Counted from the stretch's first letter, positions 1-10,803 are shown. The stretch is DNA of 64,000 nt from Cenarchaeum sp. (GCA_965242695.1 CBDESU010000001.1:1792001-1856000), one strand, 5' to 3'. The notes: generated from the letters alone by a model not told the origin. Translations and numbers: made by a program.

Positions 1-188
1 ATTTAACCCTTTGGCGGGGCGGCCGCGGGGAGGCGCGGGCGGGGGACGTATACGGCCCTGCCGCCACCGGCCGCGCTGGAGCGGCCTGCCACTGCGCCGG
101 GCCGCATGGGACGCCCCGCCGTCCCGGGCAGCGCAGGGGGGAAGAGGGCATGCGGCGGCTCGGGCCGGCCCTTCAAATCGGCCGCAGG

Positions 189-366
189 GTGCGCGCATGC
201 GATCGGGCGTAGGAGCGTGTGATCACGGCACGACAGGCGCATGGATGGCAGACGGCCCCGTGCGCGCATGCGATCGGGCGTAGGAGCGTGTGATCACGGC
301 ACGACAGGCGCATGGATGGCAGACGGCCCCGTGCGCGCATGCGATCGGGCGTAGGAGCGTGTGATC
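189..366. repeat. Tandem repeat, 71-bp unit, about 2.5 identical copies
   Basis: GTGCGCGCATGCGATCGGGCGTAGGAGCGTGTGATC recurs at 189, 260 and 331, with identical 35-bp intervening sequence. Confidence 0.9.
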
Positions 367-1045
367 CGCGGGCCGGCCCTGGCATGCACGGCAGGCGCCT
401 GGTGCCAGGACGGCGCCGCGGGACGGAGCAGGTGCGGACAGTGTGGGGCGCCGAGGGCCGGCGCACCGAGAACGCCGGTCGAGGGCGCCGAGGGCCGGCG
501 CGCCCGGGCCGGCTCGAGTCGATCTAGGCAGTAGGAGCAGGCCCAAGGCGACAGGAAGCGAGGATGTATAACCGCCCTAGCGGCAGGCCGGGCCGCGGCA
601 AAACCCGGCGTTTGCAAAAGGCGAGAAATCCATTCCCCGTGCACGGTAGATCCCGCCGGCGGCGCCGTGGGCTGCTCGCTGGGAATCCAGCTCGAGTAGG
701 CACTCCGGCGGTGCGGGGGCGGGCGCCGTGAAGCGCAGGGAATTGCGCGCCGGGAATCCATCCCACCGGCGCGCCGCGGATGCTGGCGGGGCGCGGGCGC
801 GACGCCCTTCCCCTTGCAGGCCGCGCACCAGGCGGCAGACAGTAGAAGGAGTGCGGAATTGCGGGTCCGGCGGGGCGCGGGCGCGGGCATTACAGCACCT
901 GCGACCGCTGGGCGCCCGGCGCGCCCCTAGGCGCCCATTCCGCGGAGGCCGGACCTGGCTGGGCGCGGCCGCAATGCGCCCCATCTCGCCACAGTGCGAG
1001 CATATCGGGCGCAGGCTGGGCGCGGCACGCGCCGCATCGCCGCTA

Positions 1046-1687
1046 CTACACGACAGGTGCTATCTTTAGGTAGTTTGCGTCGACCGTGACTGGCATCTGG
1101 TACGCCGCCTCGAGCAGGACAACGGTGGCCTCTTCCTTTTCGTGCTCGATGCGCGTAATGGTCGCCCGCATGCCCTTGAAGGGGCCTCCGGTGATCTCGA
1201 CGACCTGGTCCTTTGCAAGCGACGTGACGGTCGACTTTTTGATCAGGTACCCCTCTATGTCCTTGAACTCTAGCTCGCCGCGCAGCTGGCCGCGTATGTG
1301 GCGGACGCCGTCGACGGCCTGGAAGGCGGCGCTCGGGTCGCCCGCCTCGATGACGACGTACCCGCGCAGGTTGTCGACGAGCAGGATCGACTTTACGTTG
1401 AGCTGGCTCGCCTTGGCCTTGGCCTCTAGCGACTTCATGACGATCTTTTCCTGGCCGCCGGTGGTGCGGACCGCGAACAGGTGCGACTCTTCCGAGGGGG
1501 GCGCGGCGTCGGCGGGGCCGACCTTTAGCACCTCGAACGACTGGTTGCACGCGGGGCACTTGCCCTTCTCGCGGCCGACCCTGCCGGTGATGTACAGCCT
1601 GCCTATGGTCTTGCACAGGGGGCACTGCCCCTCGGTCGCGTTCCTAGGCGTGGTGCGGATGATCTTCTGCGTCTTGCGCCTGCCCAC
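1046..1687 (-). CDS. spt5: Transcription elongation factor Spt5 (NusG) with N-terminal C4 zinc-ribbon extension
   Basis: NGN domain (HLFAVRTTGGQE...LRGYVVIEA) and KOW motif (VEITGGPFKG); extension MGRRKTQKII..CPLC..CPAC; GTG at 1687 (alternative TTG 1693). Confidence 0.93.
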   Translation of the reverse strand: MGRRKTQKIIRTTPRNATEGQCPLCKTIGRLYITGRVGREKGKCPACNQSFEVLKVGPADAAPPSEESHLFAVRTTGGQEKIVMKSLEAKAKASQLNVKSILLVDNLRGYVVIEAGDPSAAFQAVDGVRHIRGQLRGELEFKDIEGYLIKKSTVTSLAKDQVVEITGGPFKGMRATITRIEHEKEEATVVLLEAAYQMPVTVDANYLKIAPVV

Positions 1688-1710
1688 GGGCAATCCAAAT
1701 ACGGGGCGCC

Positions 1711-1717
1711 TATAAGT
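1711..1717 (-). promoter_or_regulatory. Putative TATA box of spt5
   Basis: CTTATA on minus strand about 25 bp upstream of the start, in very GC-rich context. Confidence 0.55.
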
Positions 1718-2267
1718 CTAAGGGCGGCGCGGCGGGCCCTTACGGGGGCGCCCGTAGCCGCGCCCGGCCCGCCTCCCGCCCAGGCGCAGGGCGGCGGCGG
1801 CGGCTGGCTGGCGGGGAACAGGGCGCCCGTCCGGTGGCCGGCAGGTCACGGCCAGGCCCCATCCAGCCATCGCACAGAGGCGGCGCCCCCTCCACGGCCT
1901 CTGGCATGCCGAGGACGGCATCGATAGGGTCGCGCCAGCCATCGGAGGCGGCGCCCCTTACCTCCCGCCCCCCACGGCATGACGGCAACGGGCATCCTGA
2001 TCGTGCGATCGGGTGCAGTGCATCCTGGCACGGCGCGCGCGGGTGCGGGCATTCCCTCGGCAGGCGTGAGATGCCCGCCCCCGCTCCAGCCGGCCGTGCC
2101 TGCGGCAGATTTCACGCCAAGCCTCGAGTCCAAGGCACTTGCTGAAACGACATCAGCGAGGCAGCCAGCCCGCATGCCCCTCAAGCGCGCTTGCACTGCA
2201 AAAGCCCGGTATGCCACCCTGCTACAGTATCCGGCAACCCGGCATAGATTGATGTCGTCTTCTCGGC

Positions 2268-5200
2268 TCAAGCTACAGTCCGGCGCACTCGACGGCGCCT
2301 GCGGACGGCCCACGCGACGGCGACCGCGCCGGCAGCCGGAGCGCCGGCGTACACCACCGACACGAGCAGCATTGCGGCAATGCCGTACGCGAGCACAGAG
2401 TCCTCAGAGGCCGGATCGGCGTGCGTTGCGACCTGGAGCGTGTAGAGCATCGGCATCATCAGCGCTGCGACGGCCTGGCGGAACGCCGGATGCTCGCGCT
2501 CCAGGTCCGCCACCTGCGGCGAGAATGCATAGTAGGCCGACGAGAATGCAGACATGAAGGCCGAGCCCGATCCCGTCGCAAGGAGCGTCCCGTCCCTGTA
2601 CTCGCGCAGGGCCTGCACCTGCGGGGCAAGCTCGGTCCCGTACGCGGCCGTCGCGATCAGGCAACCCGAGTCGTCATCGTCCGGCGCGGCCGTGCCCGTG
2701 GTCGGCTCGCGGTCCGCATCCTGTGCATCACCCATGCCGTCCTTGGGCTCGGCAACCTTGCCGGCCAAGTGGGCCTCTACGCAGCCGGACGCGACTCCGA
2801 CGGCCTCGCAAATGTCGGCGTACTGGGGGTACGAAGAGTCGAACCACTCGCGATACGCCGGCTGCTCGGCATACCGCTTGACATAGTACGACGCATCGCG
2901 GCCCTCTTCAATCTCAAAGGCGGGGCGCACGAGCTCTGGCTCGGCATCCTCGCCGGCCATTTCGTCCGATGGCTGCGACACTGCGGGGGCATCTGGCTGG
3001 CGCGGCTGATCATCCGTCGGCTCCCTAGCCGGCGCGGGCTCACCGCCGGTTATGTCCTCGACCGACATGCCGGCCGGCTGAGCCGTGCCGTCGCCTGGCG
3101 CGTACTGCCTAAAGACCGTCTCGCCCGTGCAGGCGCCGCCCGTGCGTATTGACTCGGACACCGACGAGACCGCCCTGCCGTCGACCGCGGTTGCCCTGAT
3201 CGAGAATATGCCGTCCGTTGGCAGCGGCGCCTCGTAGATCGTCCGCCCCGACATGTCCTGCACGTCGGCCAGCGTCGCCGGCACCGTACCGGTCGACGAG
3301 ACGACCACGATGTCTGGCGAGCGCATGCCGTCATTTACCGCCATTCGGACGGTGCCGTCGTCGCAGTCCCAAGAGGCAGAGTATAGGACGGGGCCGCCCG
3401 ATCCAGTCGGTATGATCGAGCCGCCGCCGCCGCCTCCGCCGCCACCACGTCCGCCGCCGCTACCTCCGCCGAGGAACGCCGGGCCGGCCTGACCCGCGGG
3501 TCCTGTCGCATCCGGCGGCGGGACGACAACAACCGGCGGTTTCGTGCCGCCGTCACCACCGGTCTCCTTTGGCATGACGGTGACGACCATCGTGTGCATC
3601 TCCATGTCCACGAGCGTCACCGTGCCAAACCTCGTGAGGTGGTACGTGTGGATGACCTTGTCGTCGCCCGAGTCGAGCTGGCACTCGCCAGTCCCATTCA
3701 GCTGATCGTGCACCTCTGACGTGCTGTCGGCCCTGCACATGGTGTTGATCGGCATGACGGCATCGTCGCTGTTGTTCATGTAGAATGCCCTTCCGCCAGC
3801 CTGTCCCTCTAGGAGTATGCGGATGGGGATGGTGAACGTAATGTGTGTCTCGCTATCGCCGATCTCTACGATCTTCCCTATCCGCACGCTGTTATTGCCA
3901 AGGTCTAGCGCCGCGATCACGTCGTCCGCCTCGGGGCGCTCGTTGCCAGAGACGACGTACAGCTCCAGATTGCCGTCTGCCGGAACAGACATGGCCGTCG
4001 CGTTCGGCGGGATCACAACCTGGGCAAACGTGGTCGTCACGGTAATGTTCCTAGAGTCTGGGAACCTCACCGTGTTGTTGGCGGGGTCGGACACGAGAGG
4101 AGTGTCGCTCAGGCCCGTAATATCGATCCCTATGCGCGCAGTGTCGTTGCCGCGCGTAGTGACCTCGCTGACAATGCTGTCGCGTGCGATCTGCACGGTT
4201 CCGCTATCCTGCAGGGTTATTGTCCTGCTAAGAGCCCGTACAGGGATCGTGTCGTTGGTGAATGTGTATGTGATATTGCCTCTAATTCCTTCCAGGTCCT
4301 TGTTCAGCGCAATTTCTCCCGCCTGCATCTCGGCCACGCTACCGTTAAACGTGACCGTATGTGCTTCGGTCCCCAAGCCGGTTACATCTATCGTGGGCGC
4401 ATCCAAGCCCGCCTCGCTGGTTACACGGCCGTACGCATCGCGGGGCCCATCAAGCGGCCCTGTGTAGCTGATCACCGCCTTGTTGCTCGATATGAACTGC
4501 GCATCGGCCAATACTTCGACTTCGGTGCGGGTGGGCGGAGTGACCACCGTTGGCGGCGGTGCAATAGTGGCATTGATATCCACAGTGACAGGCTCGTTTA
4601 CAATGCCCTCGAACCACGCCCCTCCCGCTTCGGTGCTGTGTGCCCTGACAGACACCAGCATCTTCGTGCCGTTCGGCAACGGCGCATGGCCTATCACGTG
4701 CGTCGTGGCGGCATTCGCGCTGACACCGGCGATTGGTATTACCGTGCCGTTCTCATACGTGATGGCATAGTGGTATGCCGCAGGCGGGATCGTGCCGTTG
4801 ACCCCCTGCGAGGCATCGTGCGTGTCAATGGGGTGCGTGTAGTCCGCCTCCAACGCGATTCCGTTCGAGGTGATCCGGGTAAGGGTCGCGGGCGTTGTAC
4901 TCCGCCCGTCCGAGGTGGCAAGCACGGCCAAGGGCTGCGACGTTCCCTCGTACGTGTAGCCAGACCCCTCGTCGTCAAGCGCAGATATGGTCACCAGTAC
5001 CCACGTGCCGTTGCTTAGCACCTCGTGCTCAACCATGTGGGTTTTGCTACCGCTTCCGGTGATGTTTGTGATCGCGACCGTCTGGTCGTTTTCCTGTATG
5101 CGGATCGTGTAGTCGTCGATCGCCGCATCGACGGGGCTCGTGTACGTGGCCGTTAGCATGCCTTGGGCGGACTTGATCGATTCTAGGCCCGCCCTCATCG

Positions 5201-8200
5201 ATGTTTCTGCGATCGAGCCATCGCCGCCTATCTTCTGGTTGACGGCACCGGCAAACGCAACGTATCCATCGGGGTTGTCGAGCTGCCCAATGTCGATCGT
5301 GCCCGTCGCGCCGGCCGCAGCTGCAGTTCCATTGAATACTAGAACGTGCTCGGCAGTGCCGCTTCCGCTCACGCTCATGACTGCACGCGATCCGCCCGGC
5401 GCAAGATCTAGTCCCGTGTAGTCCGAGGTGTCGGCGTCGACGGCCCCCGTGTAGTTGATCGTGATGTTGTTGCCCGACGTGATAGAGGCGGACCGCAGAC
5501 GAACCATGTCGGGCGCAGGGAACGGATCCATCCCGACAGCTGCGGGATAGTTTCCAAAGCCGATCGTGTCGCCGTTTGCGTTTGCGGCAAATCCCTGCTG
5601 GATATTAACACGAAGACCCTGGTATCCCCCGCTCACAGTGTGGTTCAGCAATGCTTCGCGGAGCACTGTGGAATAATCGATTGTGGTGTTTGACGGGAGC
5701 ATTGTAATGATGTTCGCATTTTTGTTCCCATCTAGATCAATGTCCTCATTATAGCCCGTATAGTTGCCCCACTGTAGTGCAAGAACCGGCACTGGTATGT
5801 AAGACGTCATACCTGCGATCTTTATTCCAATGCGCTCGCTCCCGTTAATGGTAATCACTTCCGTGTTTTTATCAGGCCGATAGTCGTACGATGTACCATT
5901 CCATCTCATCGGTATGGACACCTTTGAGAGGTCGATGCTGGACACGTCGACTGCCTCGTTGAGGTAGAGCTGAAGCACCATGTGATCCGAGAGGATGTGT
6001 AGGTACGGATTGGTCGTCGGAGTGTAGGAACCCGCACTCAGGCTGGAGATGTCCACAAGCGCCGAGCCCGACAGAACCACGCTTGCGGTACTCGCATTGT
6101 TGATGTACTGCTGATCGTAGAGATACGCGTCTGCCCCCCTGTACGCAACGCCGATATTTGCTATCGGGTCGCCGTTTGTTCCCAATGTGCCGTCCGAGCC
6201 GGTCACGCTTGCGGTGATCACCAAGCTGGTGCGGGCGTCATCTGGAATGTCTTCGGCAAGCGTTATCATGTGATGCGTGCCCGGCATCTGCATCATGCGG
6301 CAAAGAGATTCAAAGTTTGAAGATGCGTTAGTGACCCCTCCCCTAGCTACGCGCCCTGTCTCCTCATCAAGCACAATTCCGAACGGCGTGGAATAGAACT
6401 CGCATTCCGTGGCCGTCTCGCCGGAATGGACATTCAGATGCTCGACGCCCACCAAGGTACTGACCTCGTCGGACATTACAAGCCACTGGTTCTTGTATAC
6501 GACTACATCGTGATCAGATGCTGAATTATTCCACCCGGCGGCATACCACTTGGCGCCGCCAGCCCATGCGCCCGTATAGTTTACGCCCGTGTAGTTTCCG
6601 ACCCAGTCCTCCAGTCCCCAACTGCTTTTCTCCAAGTCGACAACCTGCACGAATATCTCCGCGCCGTTCGAGAGGAGGAGCCGGCCGACATAACTTCCAT
6701 CTCCATCGCCCCTAACTTGACCAATATTATTAGGCGGCGTCACATCCGGGTTGCGCCAGTCGCCATGGAATCCCACAATGTCCGCCCTGTCCAGTACGAC
6801 GGGCTGGCTGAAACTACGACCGAGCGTCGACATGGTCCCTGTACGCACCATCGATACGTCCACTTCTGTCGGCTGCCCGTCGTTGTCGTACACTACTACT
6901 TTTTGGTACCCCGACAGCGGACCGACCGTGGGCTGGTCGTACTCTACAACGACGGTGCGATCCCCAGTGATCCTCGCAGACACTACTCTTGGCAGCTGCT
7001 CGTCGTAGACAAACTCGTTCGTATAGTCGCGGCCCACCGGCGTGTTGTCGAGCTGGGCAAGGCCCGTCACGTTGATCAGGCCATATGCAGACCTTCCGAC
7101 GCCGCTGCTGCCGTTTATCGTCAGCTTGTGCAGGGCGGTGCCGTTGCCCTCGACGCCCACAATGTCGAGACTTACGAACGTGCCGTTGTAGTTTGTGCTG
7201 TTGTATGTCCACGAGTAGTCGAATTTTTCAGAGGCGTTGGCATACGGCATGCTAGCCGCGCTTGCAAGCACGGAATATCCGCCATCCGGTACCCACGCGC
7301 TCGCGTTGTACGAGACCGTCACCTCGTTGTAGCCGGTAAACCTGGCCGCGATCATCCACGGCGCGCCGTCCATATTGCGCGCATCTGTGATTGGAATATC
7401 CTCGACGGCCAGCATAGTGTTGCCATTCAGGTCGGTCACGCCGACAATGCCGATGACACCCGCTGCTACAGAACCTCTTGCCACCAATGGAATTGGCCTA
7501 TCTGGCATGTCGAGCATGAGGGTGTGCATAGCGGTCCCGTTGCCAGCAACGACGGCGGTCACGGTGCGGTTTCTGGCATCGAATTGAAGATAGTCCGAGG
7601 CAATGGTGATAGCCTCGTAGTTGGCGGGCGACGAGTGGACGGGCTCGCTGAATGTGACGTTGATTGACAGGGGGCCCACGATCTCTGCGCGGATCGGCCT
7701 AGGCGCCATCCCGTCATCTACCACGACCGGGTTGTCCAAAAGGGCATTCCCTATTACATATGTTCCATTAACAAGGTACTGCGAGGCATCCTTGACGTTG
7801 CTTCCATTGATGTTCAACATGCTTATTTCGTCCAAGGACACAGACGATTCCAAGCCCAGCACATGCTGTACGGCAGTCTCCAGCGGGGCAATGGCAAGGC
7901 CGTCGCCATCGCCGCTCACAACAGATGTGACAGCTACAGTGCCGCCGCCAGCAAGTGTGATGGAATAGTCGGCATAGCTTGCGTATGAGACGGGCTCGTC
8001 GTAAGCGACAGCCAAGGTTCTGTCCGAGGTGAGCTTTGCAGAGACCACTGCTGGGCGCTGGGCGTCGTAAACTGGTTCGTAAACAAACGTCGTGGGATCA
8101 TCCCAATCGGAAGCCCAGCCAGACCACAGTACGTTGCTAGCGTTGGTTATCCTGCCGACATATATGCCCGCATCGGCGGCATTTTTTGCAACCGGCGGGC

Positions 8201-8702
8201 CGTCAAAGGTCAGCGTATGCACCGTTGTCCCGTCTCCGGTGATGCGTGTGACGTTACGCAGATCATAGTCGACAGAATCGTAATCTTCAGGATCCATGCC
8301 CACCACGTAACTCATCGAAAGATTGGCGTCTACAGTAGCACTTTTGGTGTACGTGATGGTAAGCTGGTTAGGAGAGACGAACACAGCGGCGTTGTCAATA
8401 TTGTCGATCGATAGATCAGAATCAGTCGCCTGCGCATACGCCTGGACGGCCAGCCACGCACCGCCAGCGCCCTGGCCGTGCAACCAAGAGGTATAGTCGA
8501 CCTCTCCGATGCTGCCATCGTGGTACGGCACGGCAAGCGCGGCCGGCAGTGCAAGAACGGCGCACAAGGCCAAGACTGCCAGTCGGCCAGCCTGTGCGCC
8601 AGAGCGTCTGGAAGCCGCTACAGGCGCCGCCCGATCGGGCGCGCGGCAAGGCGTACCCTCGGCCCTGCCGGCGCGGGCTGCAAGCCGCTGGCCAATGCCC
8701 AT
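2268..8702 (-). CDS. Giant cell-surface protein (~2144 aa), Ig-like/SwmB-like repeats, CFI-box-CTERM anchor
   Basis: Hydrophobic signal segment (LAVLALCAVLALPAALAV), many N-x-S/T sequons, repeated ~100-aa beta units, C-terminal GCLIATAAYGTELAPQVQALREYRD plus TM helix and basic tail; TTATATA about 25 bp upstream of ATG 8702. Confidence 0.9.
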   Translation of the reverse strand: MGIGQRLAARAGRAEGTPCRAPDRAAPVAASRRSGAQAGRLAVLALCAVLALPAALAVPYHDGSIGEVDYTSWLHGQGAGGAWLAVQAYAQATDSDLSIDNIDNAAVFVSPNQLTITYTKSATVDANLSMSYVVGMDPEDYDSVDYDLRNVTRITGDGTTVHTLTFDGPPVAKNAADAGIYVGRITNASNVLWSGWASDWDDPTTFVYEPVYDAQRPAVVSAKLTSDRTLAVAYDEPVSYASYADYSITLAGGGTVAVTSVVSGDGDGLAIAPLETAVQHVLGLESSVSLDEISMLNINGSNVKDASQYLVNGTYVIGNALLDNPVVVDDGMAPRPIRAEIVGPLSINVTFSEPVHSSPANYEAITIASDYLQFDARNRTVTAVVAGNGTAMHTLMLDMPDRPIPLVARGSVAAGVIGIVGVTDLNGNTMLAVEDIPITDARNMDGAPWMIAARFTGYNEVTVSYNASAWVPDGGYSVLASAASMPYANASEKFDYSWTYNSTNYNGTFVSLDIVGVEGNGTALHKLTINGSSGVGRSAYGLINVTGLAQLDNTPVGRDYTNEFVYDEQLPRVVSARITGDRTVVVEYDQPTVGPLSGYQKVVVYDNDGQPTEVDVSMVRTGTMSTLGRSFSQPVVLDRADIVGFHGDWRNPDVTPPNNIGQVRGDGDGSYVGRLLLSNGAEIFVQVVDLEKSSWGLEDWVGNYTGVNYTGAWAGGAKWYAAGWNNSASDHDVVVYKNQWLVMSDEVSTLVGVEHLNVHSGETATECEFYSTPFGIVLDEETGRVARGGVTNASSNFESLCRMMQMPGTHHMITLAEDIPDDARTSLVITASVTGSDGTLGTNGDPIANIGVAYRGADAYLYDQQYINNASTASVVLSGSALVDISSLSAGSYTPTTNPYLHILSDHMVLQLYLNEAVDVSSIDLSKVSIPMRWNGTSYDYRPDKNTEVITINGSERIGIKIAGMTSYIPVPVLALQWGNYTGYNEDIDLDGNKNANIITMLPSNTTIDYSTVLREALLNHTVSGGYQGLRVNIQQGFAANANGDTIGFGNYPAAVGMDPFPAPDMVRLRSASITSGNNITINYTGAVDADTSDYTGLDLAPGGSRAVMSVSGSGTAEHVLVFNGTAAAAGATGTIDIGQLDNPDGYVAFAGAVNQKIGGDGSIAETSMRAGLESIKSAQGMLTATYTSPVDAAIDDYTIRIQENDQTVAITNITGSGSKTHMVEHEVLSNGTWVLVTISALDDEGSGYTYEGTSQPLAVLATSDGRSTTPATLTRITSNGIALEADYTHPIDTHDASQGVNGTIPPAAYHYAITYENGTVIPIAGVSANAATTHVIGHAPLPNGTKMLVSVRAHSTEAGGAWFEGIVNEPVTVDINATIAPPPTVVTPPTRTEVEVLADAQFISSNKAVISYTGPLDGPRDAYGRVTSEAGLDAPTIDVTGLGTEAHTVTFNGSVAEMQAGEIALNKDLEGIRGNITYTFTNDTIPVRALSRTITLQDSGTVQIARDSIVSEVTTRGNDTARIGIDITGLSDTPLVSDPANNTVRFPDSRNITVTTTFAQVVIPPNATAMSVPADGNLELYVVSGNERPEADDVIAALDLGNNSVRIGKIVEIGDSETHITFTIPIRILLEGQAGGRAFYMNNSDDAVMPINTMCRADSTSEVHDQLNGTGECQLDSGDDKVIHTYHLTRFGTVTLVDMEMHTMVVTVMPKETGGDGGTKPPVVVVPPPDATGPAGQAGPAFLGGGSGGGRGGGGGGGGGSIIPTGSGGPVLYSASWDCDDGTVRMAVNDGMRSPDIVVVSSTGTVPATLADVQDMSGRTIYEAPLPTDGIFSIRATAVDGRAVSSVSESIRTGGACTGETVFRQYAPGDGTAQPAGMSVEDITGGEPAPAREPTDDQPRQPDAPAVSQPSDEMAGEDAEPELVRPAFEIEEGRDASYYVKRYAEQPAYREWFDSSYPQYADICEAVGVASGCVEAHLAGKVAEPKDGMGDAQDADREPTTGTAAPDDDDSGCLIATAAYGTELAPQVQALREYRDGTLLATGSGSAFMSAFSSAYYAFSPQVADLEREHPAFRQAVAALMMPMLYTLQVATHADPASEDSVLAYGIAAMLLVSVVYAGAPAAGAVAVAWAVRRRRRVRRTVA

Positions 8703-9169
8703 GTCCGGCGGCGCCCAAAGAGGGCTATATAACAATTCTGTAGGGGGGTGGGGGCACGATCCCCACTCCACGCGCCAAATTTCCGGCCAAAAAGCCGCCA
8801 TTGTGTGCAATTCCAGACGTCCCTGGGCGCCAGAACCGCAAGGCCTTGCAGGGCGGCGCGCGGGGACTCCAAAGGCGTCGCACGCAGGCCTAGGCGCAGG
8901 GGCAGGGCAGGTGCGGCAGACAGGATGCGCAGAGGCGCGAATAGCCGATCGGGGCGGCGGGGGCAGGAATGCCGCCAAGCCGTACAGCAGCAGGCGCGGC
9001 GCGCGACGGGAGAACTGGGGCCGTGTGGTCGGCGGCCCCTCGACATGGCGCCACGGCGCGGCCGCGGCCGATCGGGGCAGTCGGCGCCGTGGCGCGGCAG
9101 GGCCGGCACGGCTGCGGCGGGCGGGCAGAACAGGACAGTGATGGCGAGGGCCAAGGCGTCCAGGCATGG

Positions 9170-9275
9170 GAGGCAGGTCCGCGCAGGGCCGCGCCCCGCA
9201 TCGGCCGCAGAGTCTGCGGCTGTCGGCAGGGGGGATGTCAAGAGGCAGGTCCGCGCAGGGCCGCGCCCCGCATCG
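9170..9275. repeat. Two 34-bp direct repeats separated by a 38-bp unique segment
   Basis: GAGGCAGGTCCGCGCAGGGCCGCGCCCCGCATCG at 9170 and 9242. Confidence 0.8.
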
Positions 9276-9361
9276 CTGCCGGCTGCGGACCGCCGCCAGC
9301 CCCACGTCGCGCCCGCGCCGGATGCGCTGCAGTGGATTGGAGGATGCGCCCGATCTCCGAG

Positions 9362-9461
9362 GGCGGATGCATGCCTCGCGGCCCTCGCGCCGAGCCGCCT
9401 GGCCCGCCAGGGATCGGCCGCCGCGGCGGATGCATGCCTCGCGGCCCTCGCGCCGAGCCGC
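9362..9461. repeat. Two 37-bp direct repeats separated by 26 bp
   Basis: GGCGGATGCATGCCTCGCGGCCCTCGCGCCGAGCCGC at 9362 and 9425. Confidence 0.8.
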
Positions 9462-9636
9462 AGGACAGAGGCGCGCGCGAGCCGCCATGTCGGCGGGCAG
9501 GGCGGCATTCCTCCCCCCGACGGCCCGCGCAGCCCGCAAGTCGGTCCGTGCGCCTGCCGCCCGAATGCGAGATGCGGCCGCAACAGCGGCGGCACAATAT
9601 ACAACGGCATAAATACGGCAGACGCATCCCGCAACC

Positions 9637-10803
9637 ATGGCGGGGCAGGCGGCAAAACTCGTGGCCAAGCAGATGGGGCGGCGCGGAGCGGCGTACTGGC
9701 TGTACGAGCACGAGTACGAAGGTGGGATCGCGGAGCTCTTGGAGAAGCTCGACGCGATGCTGCGCGAGGACCGGCGGCTGCAGGTCACTGCGATGATCCT
9801 CGTCTGCAAGGAGGACATGCTCGGCAGCCTAGACGGGGGGCGGTCCAGGCCCCCGTTCGCCGCAGAGGTGGTGCGGCTGGACAGGGAGACTGGCATGGCA
9901 AGCATCTCGGTCGGCGGAGAGGGCTCCGGCGGGCCTGGGATGGTGCGGATTGCAAAGATGCAGGATCCGTTCGTATACCTTGCCATCACCGGCGGGAGCG
10001 CCGCGTTCGTGGACCGCGCGCTCGTGCCGTTCGTCCAGTCGCTCTATCCCGGCGTGTCCGAGGCGGCCCTGAGCTCGGCCGAGATGCGCGGGGCGCTCGA
10101 CATCCTCGAGCGCAGGTCGGGCGGGGAGGTCAGGATCGCCGGCGTGGAGGCATGCCCCAAGGAGGACGGGGCGGGCGGCAGGCGCGGCGGGCCCGATGTG
10201 GGGGAGAGATGGGACGGGGTGCATGGATCGTTCGCGGCAGGCGCGGATGCCCCGTACCGCGACGCCCTTGACGAGGCCGCCGAGGGTGGCCGGCGGATAG
10301 GCAGGGTGCAGATGCGTCTGGTCCGGGACGGCACCCCCTCGATGGAGTGCCAGATCTCGAGGCGCTGCCTGCTCCGGTTCCGGCTGTCGATGCGGCCGTT
10401 CTGCACGAGCGCGCTGCCCTACATGGCGGGCCTGGCAAGCGGCAAGACCAGGCTCTACTCGGGGCGCTCCAAGATGGAGAACGGCGGCCGCATCAGGGCT
10501 CTCGATATCGTGCTGGACGACGATGTGTTCAGCAATGTCCACGAAAACGAAAGGCTTGTGCGCATCATCCGCGCCATGCCGCACAGTGCTGGAAGCGCGT
10601 ACAGCATCTTCCCGTACGTGCACAGGTCACTGGTCGACTACATGGACGGCTCGTCGTTCGACATACTGGTGACCACCGCAGACAGGATAACCATCGTGCT
10701 GCAGCCAAGTGCCACGCATGCATCCATTGCGCGCCTGGTAAACCACATATTCGAGCGGTTCGCCGAGGGGCGCGTAGAGGAGCATCATGAAGCGCGGCAG
10801 TGA
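9637..10803 (+). CDS. Uncharacterised protein A (388 aa), copy 1
   Basis: Globular-like composition, CATAAATA box about 25 bp upstream, near-identical paralog at 12501, overlaps the start of the next gene. Confidence 0.85.
   Translation: MAGQAAKLVAKQMGRRGAAYWLYEHEYEGGIAELLEKLDAMLREDRRLQVTAMILVCKEDMLGSLDGGRSRPPFAAEVVRLDRETGMASISVGGEGSGGPGMVRIAKMQDPFVYLAITGGSAAFVDRALVPFVQSLYPGVSEAALSSAEMRGALDILERRSGGEVRIAGVEACPKEDGAGGRRGGPDVGERWDGVHGSFAAGADAPYRDALDEAAEGGRRIGRVQMRLVRDGTPSMECQISRRCLLRFRLSMRPFCTSALPYMAGLASGKTRLYSGRSKMENGGRIRALDIVLDDDVFSNVHENERLVRIIRAMPHSAGSAYSIFPYVHRSLVDYMDGSSFDILVTTADRITIVLQPSATHASIARLVNHIFERFAEGRVEEHHEARQ

Noticed and set aside
189-366. Possible CRISPR array (36-bp repeat, 35-bp spacer)
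   Set aside because: Both spacers are identical, so this is a plain 71-bp tandem repeat; there is no typical repeat terminus or adjacent cas gene
1846-2313. Short ORFs between spt5 and the first surface gene
   Set aside because: No recognisable motif or clear start; possibly a decayed fragment but unsupported
8703-9989. N-terminal 429 aa of the 2573-aa ORF
   Set aside because: GC-rich open frame that is antisense to gene A; the TATA box and signal peptide support a start at 8702
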